Below, piece by piece: positions 10,493 to 21,827 of a DNA stretch of 64,000 nucleotides (the stretch's first letter is position 1; each line of letters opens with the position of its first letter). The translations under genes were made by a program, and so were the position numbers. Origin of the DNA: Acidobacteriota bacterium (GTDB lineage Bacteria > Acidobacteriota > UBA6911 > JACQSX01); the NCBI GenBank assembly GCA_036507075.1, contig DASXQR010000152.1, positions 64,001 through 128,000 of the forward strand, in the 5' to 3' direction. Below the pieces are notes generated by a model. It ran no database searches and was not told the origin of the DNA. It worked only from the letters and a program-made list of their open reading frames with translations.

Positions 10493-10969
10493 TTAACGCT
10501 GCGCTCGCCTTACCGGAGCGGGGATGTCCGCATTAATGCCATCGCCCCCTTCTTTGCCGTCTGCCCCCAGGCTGAGGAGATCAAATTCGCTGCGCCTGCC
10601 CGGAATGCGATAAGCGTATTCGTGATCCCATGGGTCCAGCGGAATTTCTGACTTCAAATACGGTCCGTCCCAGCTTGGAATATTGCCCACATTTTCATAC
10701 AACACTCGCAACCCTTCCTGGTCCGTGGGATAGCGCCCAACATCGATACGAAAACCTTCCAGAGCTGTATCGAACACCCGGATCTGAGTATTGGCGCTGG
10801 CCACCTTGGCCTTATCCACATTTTTGATTACCTTCAAGCTCACAATTGCAGCCAGCAAACCAAGAATGACTAACACCACGATCAATTCAATGAGCGAGAA
10901 CCCCCGATTCACCCTTCGATCCACCATTCTCCCCATCATTTTCCCTCTCTCCGTCTCTCCCTCCATCAC
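10493..10969 (-). CDS. gspG: Major pseudopilin GspG, second paralog (start uncertain)
   Basis: RG-FSLIELIVV, GRYPT, WDGPYL, DPWDHEY, SLGADGKEGG. Confidence 0.9.
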   Translation of the reverse strand: MMEGETERGKMMGRMVDRRVNRGFSLIELIVVLVILGLLAAIVSLKVIKNVDKAKVASANTQIRVFDTALEGFRIDVGRYPTDQEGLRVLYENVGNIPSWDGPYLKSEIPLDPWDHEYAYRIPGRRSEFDLLSLGADGKEGGDGINADIPAPVRRAQR

Positions 10970-11009
10970 AGGTCACCTTCCACAACGATAACCAGAAGTG
11001 ACACATCGA

Positions 11010-11125
11010 GGGTCCGCTTGCTGACGCGCGCGGTTCGGCCGGTGCTCCCATCCACCGCCTCCTGCCTCCTGCTTCCTGCCTCCTGCTTCCTGCCTCCTGC
11101 CTCCATCTCTCCCTCTCACTTCCCT
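11010..11125. repeat. REP-like CCGCTTGCTGACGCGCGCGG followed by CCTCCTG heptamer tandem repeat
   Basis: Read directly; the REP-like arm matches the one at 41520-41550. Confidence 0.75.
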
Positions 11126-11126
11126 T

Positions 11127-11573
11127 TCACTTCCCTTCATTCCACGATGTGATGTCGCTGTTGTCTGCTTCGCCGCCTTCCTGGCCGTCGGCGCCCAGTG
11201 AATAGAGATCAAATTCGCCGTGCTGGCCGGGAGAGCGATAAATGTATTCGCGCGCCCACGGATCCTTGGGTACTCCCTTTTTCAGGTAAGGCCCGCTCCA
11301 GTTTGGAATATTGCCCACATTTTCTTTCAGCGCCCGGAGGCCTTCCTCGCCGGTCGGGTAACGGCCCACATCAAAATTAAAGAGATCCAGGGCCTCCTCC
11401 AACTCGGTGATCTGCATCTTGGCAATCTGTGAACGACTTCCTTTGAGCCTGTTCATTACTTTGGGACCAACTACTGCAGCCAGCAGGCCCAGAATAACGA
11501 GCACCACAATCAGTTCGATCAGCGAGAAGCCTCTTTGGGCGTTGTTAACTTTCTTATCCTTAAAGTTCACCAT
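11127..11573 (-). CDS. gspG: Major pseudopilin GspG
   Basis: QRG-FSLIELIVV, GRYPT, WSGPYL, DPWAREY, SLGADGQEGG. Confidence 0.93.
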   Translation of the reverse strand: MVNFKDKKVNNAQRGFSLIELIVVLVILGLLAAVVGPKVMNRLKGSRSQIAKMQITELEEALDLFNFDVGRYPTGEEGLRALKENVGNIPNWSGPYLKKGVPKDPWAREYIYRSPGQHGEFDLYSLGADGQEGGEADNSDITSWNEGK

Positions 11574-11594
11574 GGTTCTCCTTAACTTCCCTTT

Positions 11595-11866
11595 GGTCAG
11601 TGGTCAGTTGTCAGTTGTGGTCAGTTGTCCGTTGTTATCGGGTTATCAGGTTATCGGGTTATCGGGTTACGGGTTCAAAGTTACGGGTTACAGCGAATTT
11701 CAAAATTGAAGATTTTGGAGTCGCCAAACCATTCTCAATTTTCAATTTTTCAACCCGCAACCCGTAACCCGTCAACCCGTAACCCGAAAACCCGCAACCC
11801 GTCAAACCTTAAGTCGTTAACCCGAATTCCGCTAACAACGAACCACTGACAACGGACAACGGACCC
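11595..11866. repeat. Nested inverted short tandem repeats (GTCAGTT/GACAACG outer; GGTTAYC/AACCCG inner)
   Basis: Read directly between gspF and gspG. Confidence 0.8.
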
Positions 11867-13087
11867 CTAAAGGGGTATATCGTTGATGCTGAAGATCGCC
11901 ATCAGCATGGAAACCACCATCGTTCCAATGATCAGACCCATCACCAGAATAATCGCCGGTTCAAAAAAAGCGATCAGGCTCTTGACTGAAGATCTCACTT
12001 CCTTGTCATAAGTATCGGCAACCTGCAACATCATCGCATCGAGGTTTCCCGTTTCCTCGCCGACTTCGACCAGATGGAGAGCAAAGGGAGGAAACACATT
12101 GGCGGCCCGGATCGGGCCGGAGATTCCTTCGCCTTTCTTTATTCCCGATTTGATCGCGTCCATGCTCGACGCGATCGCCTGGTTGTTGACAATCTCCTTG
12201 ACGATGGTCATCGAGTTAAGCAGCGGCACGGCGCTGCGCAACAGAATGCCAAGCGTGCGGCTGAAGCGCGCTACCTCCATTTTGTGCATCAAAGGCCCAA
12301 TCATCGGCAGCGTCAGCAACCTGCGGTCCCAGTTCAAGCGGCCTTCTTCGGTCCCCAGATATCGCTTCACAATATAGAAGATAAGCGCCGCTCCACCGAT
12401 CAACGCCCACCACCAGGCTCGCAGGAAATTGCTGATGCCAAGCATGATCTTCATCGGCAAAGGCATGGGTGCGCCGGCGTTTTCGAAAACCAGCGAGAAC
12501 TGGGGAATTACAAACAGCACTAGAACCACAATCGAGCTGAGAGCCACCGTCATCAGCAGTACCGGATAAATCATCGAGGAGAAAAAATACTTCTTCAAAT
12601 CCTGAGCGCTCTCCAGGTATTCAGCCAGCCGTTCCAGGATATCGGGAAGCACTCCGCCGGTCTCGCCGGCCCGGATCATGTTGACGTAGATTTTGGGAAA
12701 GGCGCGCGGGTGTTTTCCCATGGCATCGGCCAGGGATCTGCCGCCTCGAACCTCGTCCAGCACGTCTCGAATGATTTCACGGACGCGAGGCTTCTCAGAA
12801 AGACTGGTGAGAATGGTGAGTGACCGGTCCAGCGGCAGGCCGGCTTTTACCAGAGTTCCCAGTTCCTGGGTGAAAATCAGCAAATCCTTCCCGCTGACTT
12901 TTCCCTGGCCGCGGGAAAATGAAAAGAGCCGTCGAAACGCGGGCGTGTTCTCGTCGCTGGCAACTCTAATGGGCAGGTATCCCTGATCGCGCAGCGCGTC
13001 AAGCACGCTGCGATCATCGAGCCCCTCGAGGGTCCCCTCGATCACGCGTCCATCTACGGTCAATGCTTTGTAGTTGTAGCTAGCCAT
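11867..13087 (-). CDS. gspF: T2SS inner-membrane platform protein GspF
   Basis: FTQELGTLVKAGLPL, RAGETGG, VGEETGNLD, EPAIIL. Confidence 0.93.
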   Translation of the reverse strand: MASYNYKALTVDGRVIEGTLEGLDDRSVLDALRDQGYLPIRVASDENTPAFRRLFSFSRGQGKVSGKDLLIFTQELGTLVKAGLPLDRSLTILTSLSEKPRVREIIRDVLDEVRGGRSLADAMGKHPRAFPKIYVNMIRAGETGGVLPDILERLAEYLESAQDLKKYFFSSMIYPVLLMTVALSSIVVLVLFVIPQFSLVFENAGAPMPLPMKIMLGISNFLRAWWWALIGGAALIFYIVKRYLGTEEGRLNWDRRLLTLPMIGPLMHKMEVARFSRTLGILLRSAVPLLNSMTIVKEIVNNQAIASSMDAIKSGIKKGEGISGPIRAANVFPPFALHLVEVGEETGNLDAMMLQVADTYDKEVRSSVKSLIAFFEPAIILVMGLIIGTMVVSMLMAIFSINDIPL

Positions 13088-13097
13088 ATCTACGTTT

Positions 13098-13255
13098 AGT
13101 TGCGGGTTACGGGTTTACGGGTTCCGGGTTGTTGCCCGCATGAAACTTTAAGCCTTGCACTTAAGCGCTGGTCAGTTGCACGCTGCAAGTCGCGGTATTG
13201 AATGCGTGTTGGCCATGTCAACCCGCAACTCGGAACCCCGGAACCCGCAAACGCG
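13098..13255. repeat. CGGGTT / AACCCG inverted short tandem repeats
   Basis: Read directly between gspE and gspF. Confidence 0.7.
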
Positions 13256-13264
13256 GCGCAGCCT

Positions 13265-14989
13265 CTAGGTCTCCTGCGTTACCCGCAGCACCTCCGAAAC
13301 GGTTGTGATGCCCTGGCGCGCTTTGTCCCAGCCATCTTCTCGCAGGCCGCGCATTCCATTCTGTGCCGCTTGCTTGCGCAGCGTATTGCTGTCGGCTTCC
13401 GTGATGGTCAGATGGCGGATGTCGTCATCCATCAACATCAGCTCAAAAATTCCAATCCGGCCGCTATAGCCCGTCCCGCTGCACTCTTTGCATCCCTGGC
13501 CCTGGTACGTGATGGTTGATTCGCCATTCTTGTTCATTCCGATTTCACGCAGGAACGCAGGATCATTCTGCACTTCCGCCTTGCACTTCTCGCAGATCAC
13601 CCGCACCAGACGCTGCGCCAGAACGCCCAGGATTGAAGACGACAGAAGGTAATCTTCCGCGCCCATATCCACCAGACGCGCAATCGCGCTGGGAGCATCG
13701 TTTGTGTGAAGCGTGCTGAACACCAGATGTCCGGTGAGCGCGGCCCGGATGGCGATTTCGGCCGTTTCCAGGTCGCGGATTTCCCCCACCATGATTACAT
13801 CCGGGTCCTGGCGCACGATCGAACGCAATCCGGCGGCAAAGGTCAGCCCGATCTGCGGATTAACATGGATCTGGTTGATTCCGTTGATCTGGTACTCGAT
13901 GGGATCCTCGATGGTGATGATTTTCTTGTCGGGCAGATTGATTTTGGTAAGCGCTCCGTAAAGCGTTGTCGTTTTGCCCGAGCCGGTGGGACCGGTCACC
14001 AGAATAATGCCGTGAGGGCGCGCAACCAGGTTCACGAACATCTTGAAAGTGTCAGCGGCGAAGCCGAGCCGGTTGAGATCGTAAATTTGCGTGTTGCTTT
14101 TATCGAGAATACGCATCACCACGCTTTCGCCGTACAGCGTCGGCACGGTGGAAACACGCAGGTCAATTTCCCGCCCCAGCACCTTCATTTTGATGCGCCC
14201 GTCCTGCGGGATTCGCCGCTCGGCGATATTCAGCTTGGCCATGATTTTGATGCGTGAGATCACGGCCGCCTTGAGCTTCTTTGGGGGCGATTCCACGTCA
14301 TGCAGGATACCGTCGATTCGATACCGGACTTTCAGTTCCTTTTCGAAAGGCTCAATATGTATGTCGCTCGCCCTGCTTTCAATCGCCTTGCTGATGAGCA
14401 GATTGACCAGCCGGATGACGGGAGCTTCGGACGCCATGTCCTTCAGGTGCTCCACATCGTCCATGTCTTCTGCGAGCGCCTCCCGGTCGCCTTCGTCAAA
14501 TCCCTCGACGATGCGCCCCAGCACGGTGCTTTGATTGCCGTAAAATTTCTCTATCACGTCCTGAATTTCGTTATCGGCCGCCAGTACTTCTTTGAGCTTC
14601 TGATAGCCGGTGTAAAGCCGGATGGAATCCAGAGTGGCGTAATCGAGCGGGTCATTCATCGCCACCACCAGCGTGCCGTCATCCAGTATGTTGATCGGCA
14701 CAAACTTGTTCTGGCGCATGAAGCGGGCATTGAAGGTATTTTCCAGAATGGGAACTTTGGGCCAGTCTTCCTCCGTCATCACGGGAATTCCCAGATGGTC
14801 GCCCAATACATGAATCAGGTCCTTGTCGGAAAGGGCGCCCAGATCAACCAGGATCTTGCCGATCTTGTCGCGCGATGTCTTCTGCACGCCCAGTGCGGTC
14901 TTGACTTCCTCCTCTGACACAAGGCCGCGACGGACCAGTTCCTGTCCGAATAGTTTTCGCTGTCTTAACTCAGCTAGTCTGACTGCCAT
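13265..14989 (-). CDS. gspE: T2SS ATPase GspE
   Basis: Walker A GPTGSGKTTT, RQDPDVIMVGEIRD, TGHLVFSTLHTN, tetracysteine motif. Confidence 0.95.
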   Translation of the reverse strand: MAVRLAELRQRKLFGQELVRRGLVSEEEVKTALGVQKTSRDKIGKILVDLGALSDKDLIHVLGDHLGIPVMTEEDWPKVPILENTFNARFMRQNKFVPINILDDGTLVVAMNDPLDYATLDSIRLYTGYQKLKEVLAADNEIQDVIEKFYGNQSTVLGRIVEGFDEGDREALAEDMDDVEHLKDMASEAPVIRLVNLLISKAIESRASDIHIEPFEKELKVRYRIDGILHDVESPPKKLKAAVISRIKIMAKLNIAERRIPQDGRIKMKVLGREIDLRVSTVPTLYGESVVMRILDKSNTQIYDLNRLGFAADTFKMFVNLVARPHGIILVTGPTGSGKTTTLYGALTKINLPDKKIITIEDPIEYQINGINQIHVNPQIGLTFAAGLRSIVRQDPDVIMVGEIRDLETAEIAIRAALTGHLVFSTLHTNDAPSAIARLVDMGAEDYLLSSSILGVLAQRLVRVICEKCKAEVQNDPAFLREIGMNKNGESTITYQGQGCKECSGTGYSGRIGIFELMLMDDDIRHLTITEADSNTLRKQAAQNGMRGLREDGWDKARQGITTVSEVLRVTQET

Positions 14990-14993
14990 AATT

Positions 14994-15548
14994 TCAGTAT
15001 TCGACCAACTCCACTTTTTCGCGAAACTGGCGAGAATCAATTTTTTTTGAACTGTAATCCACCAACGCCTTCTTGGAGACTCGAAACACCAGCACTTCTT
15101 CCTTTTGACTGGGCACCAGCGCCGTGCGGTCTTCCAGGTGAGCGGAAACCGCAAAACTTTCATCGGTGTTCAACTGCGTGAGTGCGTTTCCGTAATCGCC
15201 GAGCAGCTTTAAAATTGTTTCTCTCACCATGCGGATCTTTTCCGCCCGCGTGCGCGGATTGCTTGGAAATTTCTTCACGCCAAAGGGGGTGACGATCTCG
15301 TCCCGGTTGATATTGAGCAGGAACGTGAAGTTCACGCCGAAGCCGGGAAGATAGGAGCCCTTGGGATCATTCACCAGCGCCATTGGATGGTTGAATTCAT
15401 TCTTCAACGCGGTCTGCAGGATCCCCTCGAATATTTGAATTTCATTGCGCATCTGCCGAAGTTCGACCGAATTTCGCGCAAGCAGCAGGCCCGGAGAAAG
15501 AAGCATCAACCCTGATATGGAGACGATTTTTAAAGCTCTAAGTTTCAT
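14994..15548 (-). CDS. Hypothetical exported protein
   Basis: Signal-peptide-like N-terminus; tightly packed between anti-sigma and gspE. Confidence 0.7.
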   Translation of the reverse strand: MKLRALKIVSISGLMLLSPGLLLARNSVELRQMRNEIQIFEGILQTALKNEFNHPMALVNDPKGSYLPGFGVNFTFLLNINRDEIVTPFGVKKFPSNPRTRAEKIRMVRETILKLLGDYGNALTQLNTDESFAVSAHLEDRTALVPSQKEEVLVFRVSKKALVDYSSKKIDSRQFREKVELVEY

Positions 15549-15566
15549 AAGTTTCGCCCTCTACTG

Positions 15567-16178
15567 TTATTGCGTGCGATTCTGTGGATTGTCCCAGCGG
15601 GTCTGGACCTGGCGCTGCAGCCCTTGCAGATCATTCTCAATTGCGGTGTGCTCGGTATAATGTCGAGCCTGGGAGTCTTCCCAGACGGCGTACAGCATTT
15701 TCAGCTGGCGCCTCTCGCTGTCCATCATCAGATTGTCCACATATTTAAGCATTTCGCGGTCGCTTAAGCGCCGCTCGCCGGCATCGGCCGTCTGATCCTT
15801 CCACAGCCGGGCCTGAACCGTAAGACCGGCCTCATTCCATTTCACCTGGCTTTGCGTAGCACCCAGCAAACCGACCAGCAGGAGCATTGCGGCAATGGCG
15901 CCCTTTACAGCCATCCAGGGACGGTTCCCGAGGCGCCCGAAACGCAAGATCCTGGGCTGCGAAGAAGACTTGTAGTCAGGCCGCACTCGAAGCTGCCAGT
16001 CGGTCTCTTCGTCGGGCCATTGCTGCAGCAAGGTTCTCGATTCCAGCAGATCGGTGTACTCCTCATGGCAGAACGGACAGTTGTCTACATGACTGAGAAG
16101 GTCCAGTTTTCGGCGCGGTCGAAGCCCCTCTTCGTACACCAGTTCAAGCAATTGATCTTTGCATTCTTCGCAGTGCAT
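15567..16178 (-). CDS. Zinc-finger (zf-HC2) membrane anti-sigma factor
   Basis: MHCEEC...HVDNCPFC (HxxxCxxC) plus a TM, directly downstream of an ECF sigma. Confidence 0.8.
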   Translation of the reverse strand: MHCEECKDQLLELVYEEGLRPRRKLDLLSHVDNCPFCHEEYTDLLESRTLLQQWPDEETDWQLRVRPDYKSSSQPRILRFGRLGNRPWMAVKGAIAAMLLLVGLLGATQSQVKWNEAGLTVQARLWKDQTADAGERRLSDREMLKYVDNLMMDSERRQLKMLYAVWEDSQARHYTEHTAIENDLQGLQRQVQTRWDNPQNRTQ

Positions 16179-16201
16179 GGGCGCAAACTCCTTGGCATTG
16201 G

Positions 16202-16266
16202 CTTTGTGCTCTTTGTGCCTTTGTGGTGATTTCTTCTCAACCACAAAGACACACAGGACACAAGGG
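16202..16266. repeat. CTTTGTG...TGTGGTG / ACCACAAAGACAC inverted-repeat element
   Basis: Read directly. Confidence 0.8.
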
Positions 16267-16268
16267 GT

Positions 16269-16859
16269 TTATCTTCGGCTCAATTCCTTTTTCACCAGCA
16301 GCCGCCTGAGCGTCTTTAGCCCCAGATACATGCGCGATTTGGCGGTGCTGAGGGGAACATCCAGGATTTCGGCGATCTCATGAAATCTCAAGCCTTCGTA
16401 CTCTTTCATCAGAATCACCAGACGTTGCTCTTCGGGAATCAACAGAATCACTTCTTTCAGTCTCGCCACACTTTCTTTTCTCTGCAGCCGCTCCTCGGGA
16501 GTCTCCTCGGATTCCGACAAGGCGCGGCGAAGTTCGACTTCCTGGGTTTCCGACTGGTGGTAGATCTCGAGTGGTATGTTCTGCTTTCCCTTTGACCGGC
16601 GAAATGACATCCGGCATTCGTTCAAGGCTATCTTGTAGAGCCACGATGAAAACCGCGCAGCGTCATCCAGTTCCTTGATTTTCAAGAATGACTTGGCGAA
16701 CGTGTTCTGGGTTAAATCCAGCGATTCCTCGTAGTTACCGATGTTCCTGTAGATGAAGTTGAAGATCCGTTTTTGCCAGCGACGGATCAACTCATCAAAA
16801 CTTGATGAGTCTCCCTCCAGGTACTTCTGTACCAGGTACTCATCGCTGAACTCCATCAA
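16269..16859 (-). CDS. ECF sigma-70 factor
   Basis: DLTQNTF, FSSWLYKIALN, EIAEILDVPLSTAKSR. Confidence 0.92.
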   Translation of the reverse strand: MMEFSDEYLVQKYLEGDSSSFDELIRRWQKRIFNFIYRNIGNYEESLDLTQNTFAKSFLKIKELDDAARFSSWLYKIALNECRMSFRRSKGKQNIPLEIYHQSETQEVELRRALSESEETPEERLQRKESVARLKEVILLIPEEQRLVILMKEYEGLRFHEIAEILDVPLSTAKSRMYLGLKTLRRLLVKKELSRR

Positions 16860-17055
16860 GGCTCCTTAACAGACGTTAGGATGCGACTTTCGGCAGAAAG
16901 TCTAATATTTCAAGAATTTACGCCAGAACGTAGTTACCCTCGAAGGATCAACTACTTAGCATCGTATTATCGCAGATTAGGCTGGAATAGTGAAAGGAGC
17001 GTCCGCACAACTCAATAATTTTCGTGGATTTCTGGATTGTGCAGTTACGTACGGT

Positions 17056-17331
17056 ATGAATCACCACAAAGACACAAAGATCACAAAGGATCAAGCTAAC
17101 CTTATGTCGAATCGTGTTCTCGGGGCGGCCATCGAAGTCCATCGTCTCCTTGGGCCGGGATTGCTGGAATCGACTTACGAGGCTTGTCTGTGCAGGGAGC
17201 TTTCTGTCCGCGGGATTCAATTCCACCGGCAAGTACCGCTGCCAGTGGTTTACAAGGATGTGAAACCGGACTGCGGGTACCGGATTGACCTGTTAGTTGA
17301 GAATTTACTTATCTTTGTGTCTTTGTGGTGA
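17056..17331 (+). pseudogene. C-terminally truncated GxxExxY family protein bracketed by a 21-bp inverted repeat
   Basis: GAAIEVHRLLGPGLLESTYEACL...GYRIDLLVEN; the ORF ends at 91 aa inside the repeat, before the usual ELK motif. Confidence 0.85.
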
Positions 17332-17340
17332 AACCAGCTC

Positions 17341-18921
<1,581 letters not shown>

Positions 18922-21606
18922 TCAGGCTCCATGGCAGCGCTTATATTTTTTGCCGCTGCCGCAGGGACACGGCTCATTGCGTCCCACCTTGGGATAAGCG
19001 CGCTGCATGGTTTTGACCGGGGCGTCCGATCCTCCCAGTGATGCGGGGTTTTCTGCAGGCGCGGAAAGCACCAGCTCATGCTGCCGTCGCCGCTGCTGCT
19101 GGATTTCGCGCTGCTCTTCCTGAGCCACCGGCTGCAGCAGGAAAAGGTAGCGCACGATTTCCTCGGTAATGCGGTTCCAGAGGTCTTCGAACATATCGAA
19201 GCTCTCTTTCTTGTACTCGACCAGCGGGTCTCGCTGGCCGTAACCACGCAGTCCGATTCCTTCCTTTAGATGGTCGAGAGCAAGCAAGTGGTCTTTCCAC
19301 TGATTGTCGATGATATTCAACATGATCATGCGCTCGTGGAATCGCATCACCTGGGGTCCGTCCGGGCCGATCTGCTTTTCCTTATCCTCATATTCGCGCT
19401 GGATCAAAGCCCACAACTGGTCTTTCAGGTCACGACGGCCGAGCTTTGCGGGATCGATTCCGGTCCTCTTCAGATCGATTCCGAAAATGCGCTCCAGGTT
19501 GACCTGCAGATTGGCGATGTCCCACTCTTCGGGATGCTGTTCTTCGGGGGCGTACTGGTCCAGATTTTCCAGCAGCAGCTCTTCGGCTAGCTGCATGATG
19601 TATTCACGCTGGTCCTGGCCTTCCAGCAGCTCGCGCCGCATGCGGTAAATTTCGGCGCGCTGCTTGTTCATCACGTCGTCGTATTCGAGCAGATGTTTGC
19701 GAACCTCGAAGTTGTGTCCTTCCACCTGGCGCTGGGCGCGCTCGATCTGTTTTGTGATCAGACGGCTCTCGATGGGGACTCCTTCCTCCATTCCCAGCGA
19801 CTGCATCAGGCCGGAAATACGCTCGCCGGCAAAGATGCGAAGCAAGTCGTCTTCCAGCGAAAGGTAAAAACGCGAAGATCCGGGGTCTCCCTGGCGACCG
19901 GCTCGCCCTCGCAACTGATTGTCGATACGTCTGGCTTCATGCCGCTCGGTGCCGAGGATGTGCAGGCCGCCGAGCCCGATCACTTCTTTTCGCTCCTCTT
20001 CCACGTCCGGCTTCACCTGCCCGAGCGCCTCCTGGTAGTCCTTTTCTGAAGCAGTAGTGGGATCGATGCCCCGGTCCCGCAAGATCTGTCGCGCCAGAAA
20101 TTCCTCGTTTCCACCCAGCAGGATATCGGTGCCGCGGCCGGCCATGTTTGTAGCGACAGTAACGGCGCCTTTTCTTCCCGCCTGGGCGACAATCTCGGCT
20201 TCCTTCTCGTGATATTTCGCGTTCAACACGACGTGTTTGATTCCCTGGCGCTTCAGCATGGTGCTGAGCCGTTCGGACTTTTCGATCGCGATCGTGCCCA
20301 CCAGCACCGGCCGGCCCACGTCATTCAATTCCTTGATTTCGTTCACCACGGCTTCAAATTTTTCGCGCTCGGTCCGATAAATCACGTCCGGATGTTCGAT
20401 CCGGTCCAGTCGCTTGTTGGTCGGAATAGCCACCACGTCCAACTTGTAAATCTTGTGGAACTCTTCCGCTTCGGTCTCGGCAGTTCCGGTCATACCGGCC
20501 AGTTTTTTATACAGACGGAAGTAATTCTGAAAGGTAATGGTCGCCAGCGTCTGGTTCTCGCGTTCGATGCGGACGCCTTCTTTTGCTTCCAGAGCCTGGT
20601 GCAGGCCGTCGCTGTACCTGCGTCCGGGCATCTGACGTCCGGTGAACTCATCGACTATGACGACCTGGGCGTCCTTGACCAGATAGTCGACGTCCTTGGT
20701 AAAGAGCGTGTGGGCGCGCAAGGCCTGCTGAACATGGTGGACCCACTCCATGTTGCGAGGATCATACAGGTTGCCCACACCCAGGTAGCGTTCGGCCTTC
20801 TCGATTCCTTCTTCCGTGATCGTCACAGTACGCGCCTTTTCGTCGATCAAGTAATCAATGTCGCGGCTCAGACGTGGAATGAACTTGTCGACCTTGTAAT
20901 ACTTGTCCGTCGATTCTTCGGCCGGTCCCGAAATGATCAGCGGCGTTCGCGCTTCATCGATCAGGATCGAATCCACCTCGTCCACGATTCCGAAATTGTG
21001 CGCGCGCTGCACGCAGTGCGACAGGTCAAATTTCATGTTGTCGCGCAGGTAATCGAATCCGAATTCGTTGTTTGTGCCGTAGGTGACGTCGCACTGGTAG
21101 GCCTGCTGCCGCTCGAAATCATCCAGCTCGTGCTGGATGGTGCCCACCGTGAGGCCCACGTAGTGGTAAATGCGGCCCATCCATTCCGCGTCGCGCCGGG
21201 CCAGGTAGTCATTCACCGTCACGACGTGCACGCCTTTCCCTGCAAGGCTGTTGAGATAGACGGGCAGTGTTGCCACCAGCGTTTTTCCCTCGCCGGTTTT
21301 CATTTCGGCGATCTTGCCCTGGTGCAGCACGATTCCGCCGATCAACTGGACGTCATAGTGACGCATGTTGAGCGTGCGCTTGCCTGCTTCGCGCACCACG
21401 GCAAAGGCTTCCGGCAGCAGCTCGTCCAGATCGGCGCCGCGGCTCAGTTTTTCTTTGAGTTCTCCGGTCTTCGCTCTCAGTTGATCCGCCGAAAGTTTCG
21501 CCATGTCCGGCTCGAGCCGATTAATCTGAGCAACCCTCGGCGCAATGCGCTTCATGTCGCGCTCGGACTGTGTGCCGACGATCTTTTTCAGGATGGTTTC
21601 AAACAT
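18922..21606 (-). CDS. secA: Preprotein translocase ATPase SecA
   Basis: [34 protein letters not shown]-terminal [17 protein letters not shown]. Confidence 0.98.
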   Translation of the reverse strand: MFETILKKIVGTQSERDMKRIAPRVAQINRLEPDMAKLSADQLRAKTGELKEKLSRGADLDELLPEAFAVVREAGKRTLNMRHYDVQLIGGIVLHQGKIAEMKTGEGKTLVATLPVYLNSLAGKGVHVVTVNDYLARRDAEWMGRIYHYVGLTVGTIQHELDDFERQQAYQCDVTYGTNNEFGFDYLRDNMKFDLSHCVQRAHNFGIVDEVDSILIDEARTPLIISGPAEESTDKYYKVDKFIPRLSRDIDYLIDEKARTVTITEEGIEKAERYLGVGNLYDPRNMEWVHHVQQALRAHTLFTKDVDYLVKDAQVVIVDEFTGRQMPGRRYSDGLHQALEAKEGVRIERENQTLATITFQNYFRLYKKLAGMTGTAETEAEEFHKIYKLDVVAIPTNKRLDRIEHPDVIYRTEREKFEAVVNEIKELNDVGRPVLVGTIAIEKSERLSTMLKRQGIKHVVLNAKYHEKEAEIVAQAGRKGAVTVATNMAGRGTDILLGGNEEFLARQILRDRGIDPTTASEKDYQEALGQVKPDVEEERKEVIGLGGLHILGTERHEARRIDNQLRGRAGRQGDPGSSRFYLSLEDDLLRIFAGERISGLMQSLGMEEGVPIESRLITKQIERAQRQVEGHNFEVRKHLLEYDDVMNKQRAEIYRMRRELLEGQDQREYIMQLAEELLLENLDQYAPEEQHPEEWDIANLQVNLERIFGIDLKRTGIDPAKLGRRDLKDQLWALIQREYEDKEKQIGPDGPQVMRFHERMIMLNIIDNQWKDHLLALDHLKEGIGLRGYGQRDPLVEYKKESFDMFEDLWNRITEEIVRYLFLLQPVAQEEQREIQQQRRRQHELVLSAPAENPASLGGSDAPVKTMQRAYPKVGRNEPCPCGSGKKYKRCHGA

Positions 21607-21639
21607 TCAAGTTAACAGGGGCAAGAGTTACCAGTTACA

Positions 21640-21770
21640 AGTTCGTTGTCGGTTGTCGGTTGTCCGTTGGAGTCTGAAAGTCAAAAGTCGAAAGTCGAAA
21701 GTCGAATTCAGACCTTTGACTTTCGACCTTTGACCTTCGACTTTCAGACCCCAGGGACAACGGACAATCA
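21640..21770. repeat. Nested heptamer inverted repeats (GTTGTCG/GACAACG outer; AAAGTCG/CTTTGAC inner)
   Basis: Read directly upstream of secA. Confidence 0.8.
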
Positions 21771-21827
21771 CGACTTTAACAAAGTTGTACAGAGAGAGCC
21801 AGCATTCGCGGAAAGGATTCGGGGCGT

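Noticed and set aside
14990..15163. Extended gspE N-terminus given in the ORF track
   Set aside because: Overlaps the upstream gene in another frame; ATG at 14989 is the more plausible start.
20209..21615. 468-aa plus-strand ORF
   Set aside because: Antisense shadow of secA.
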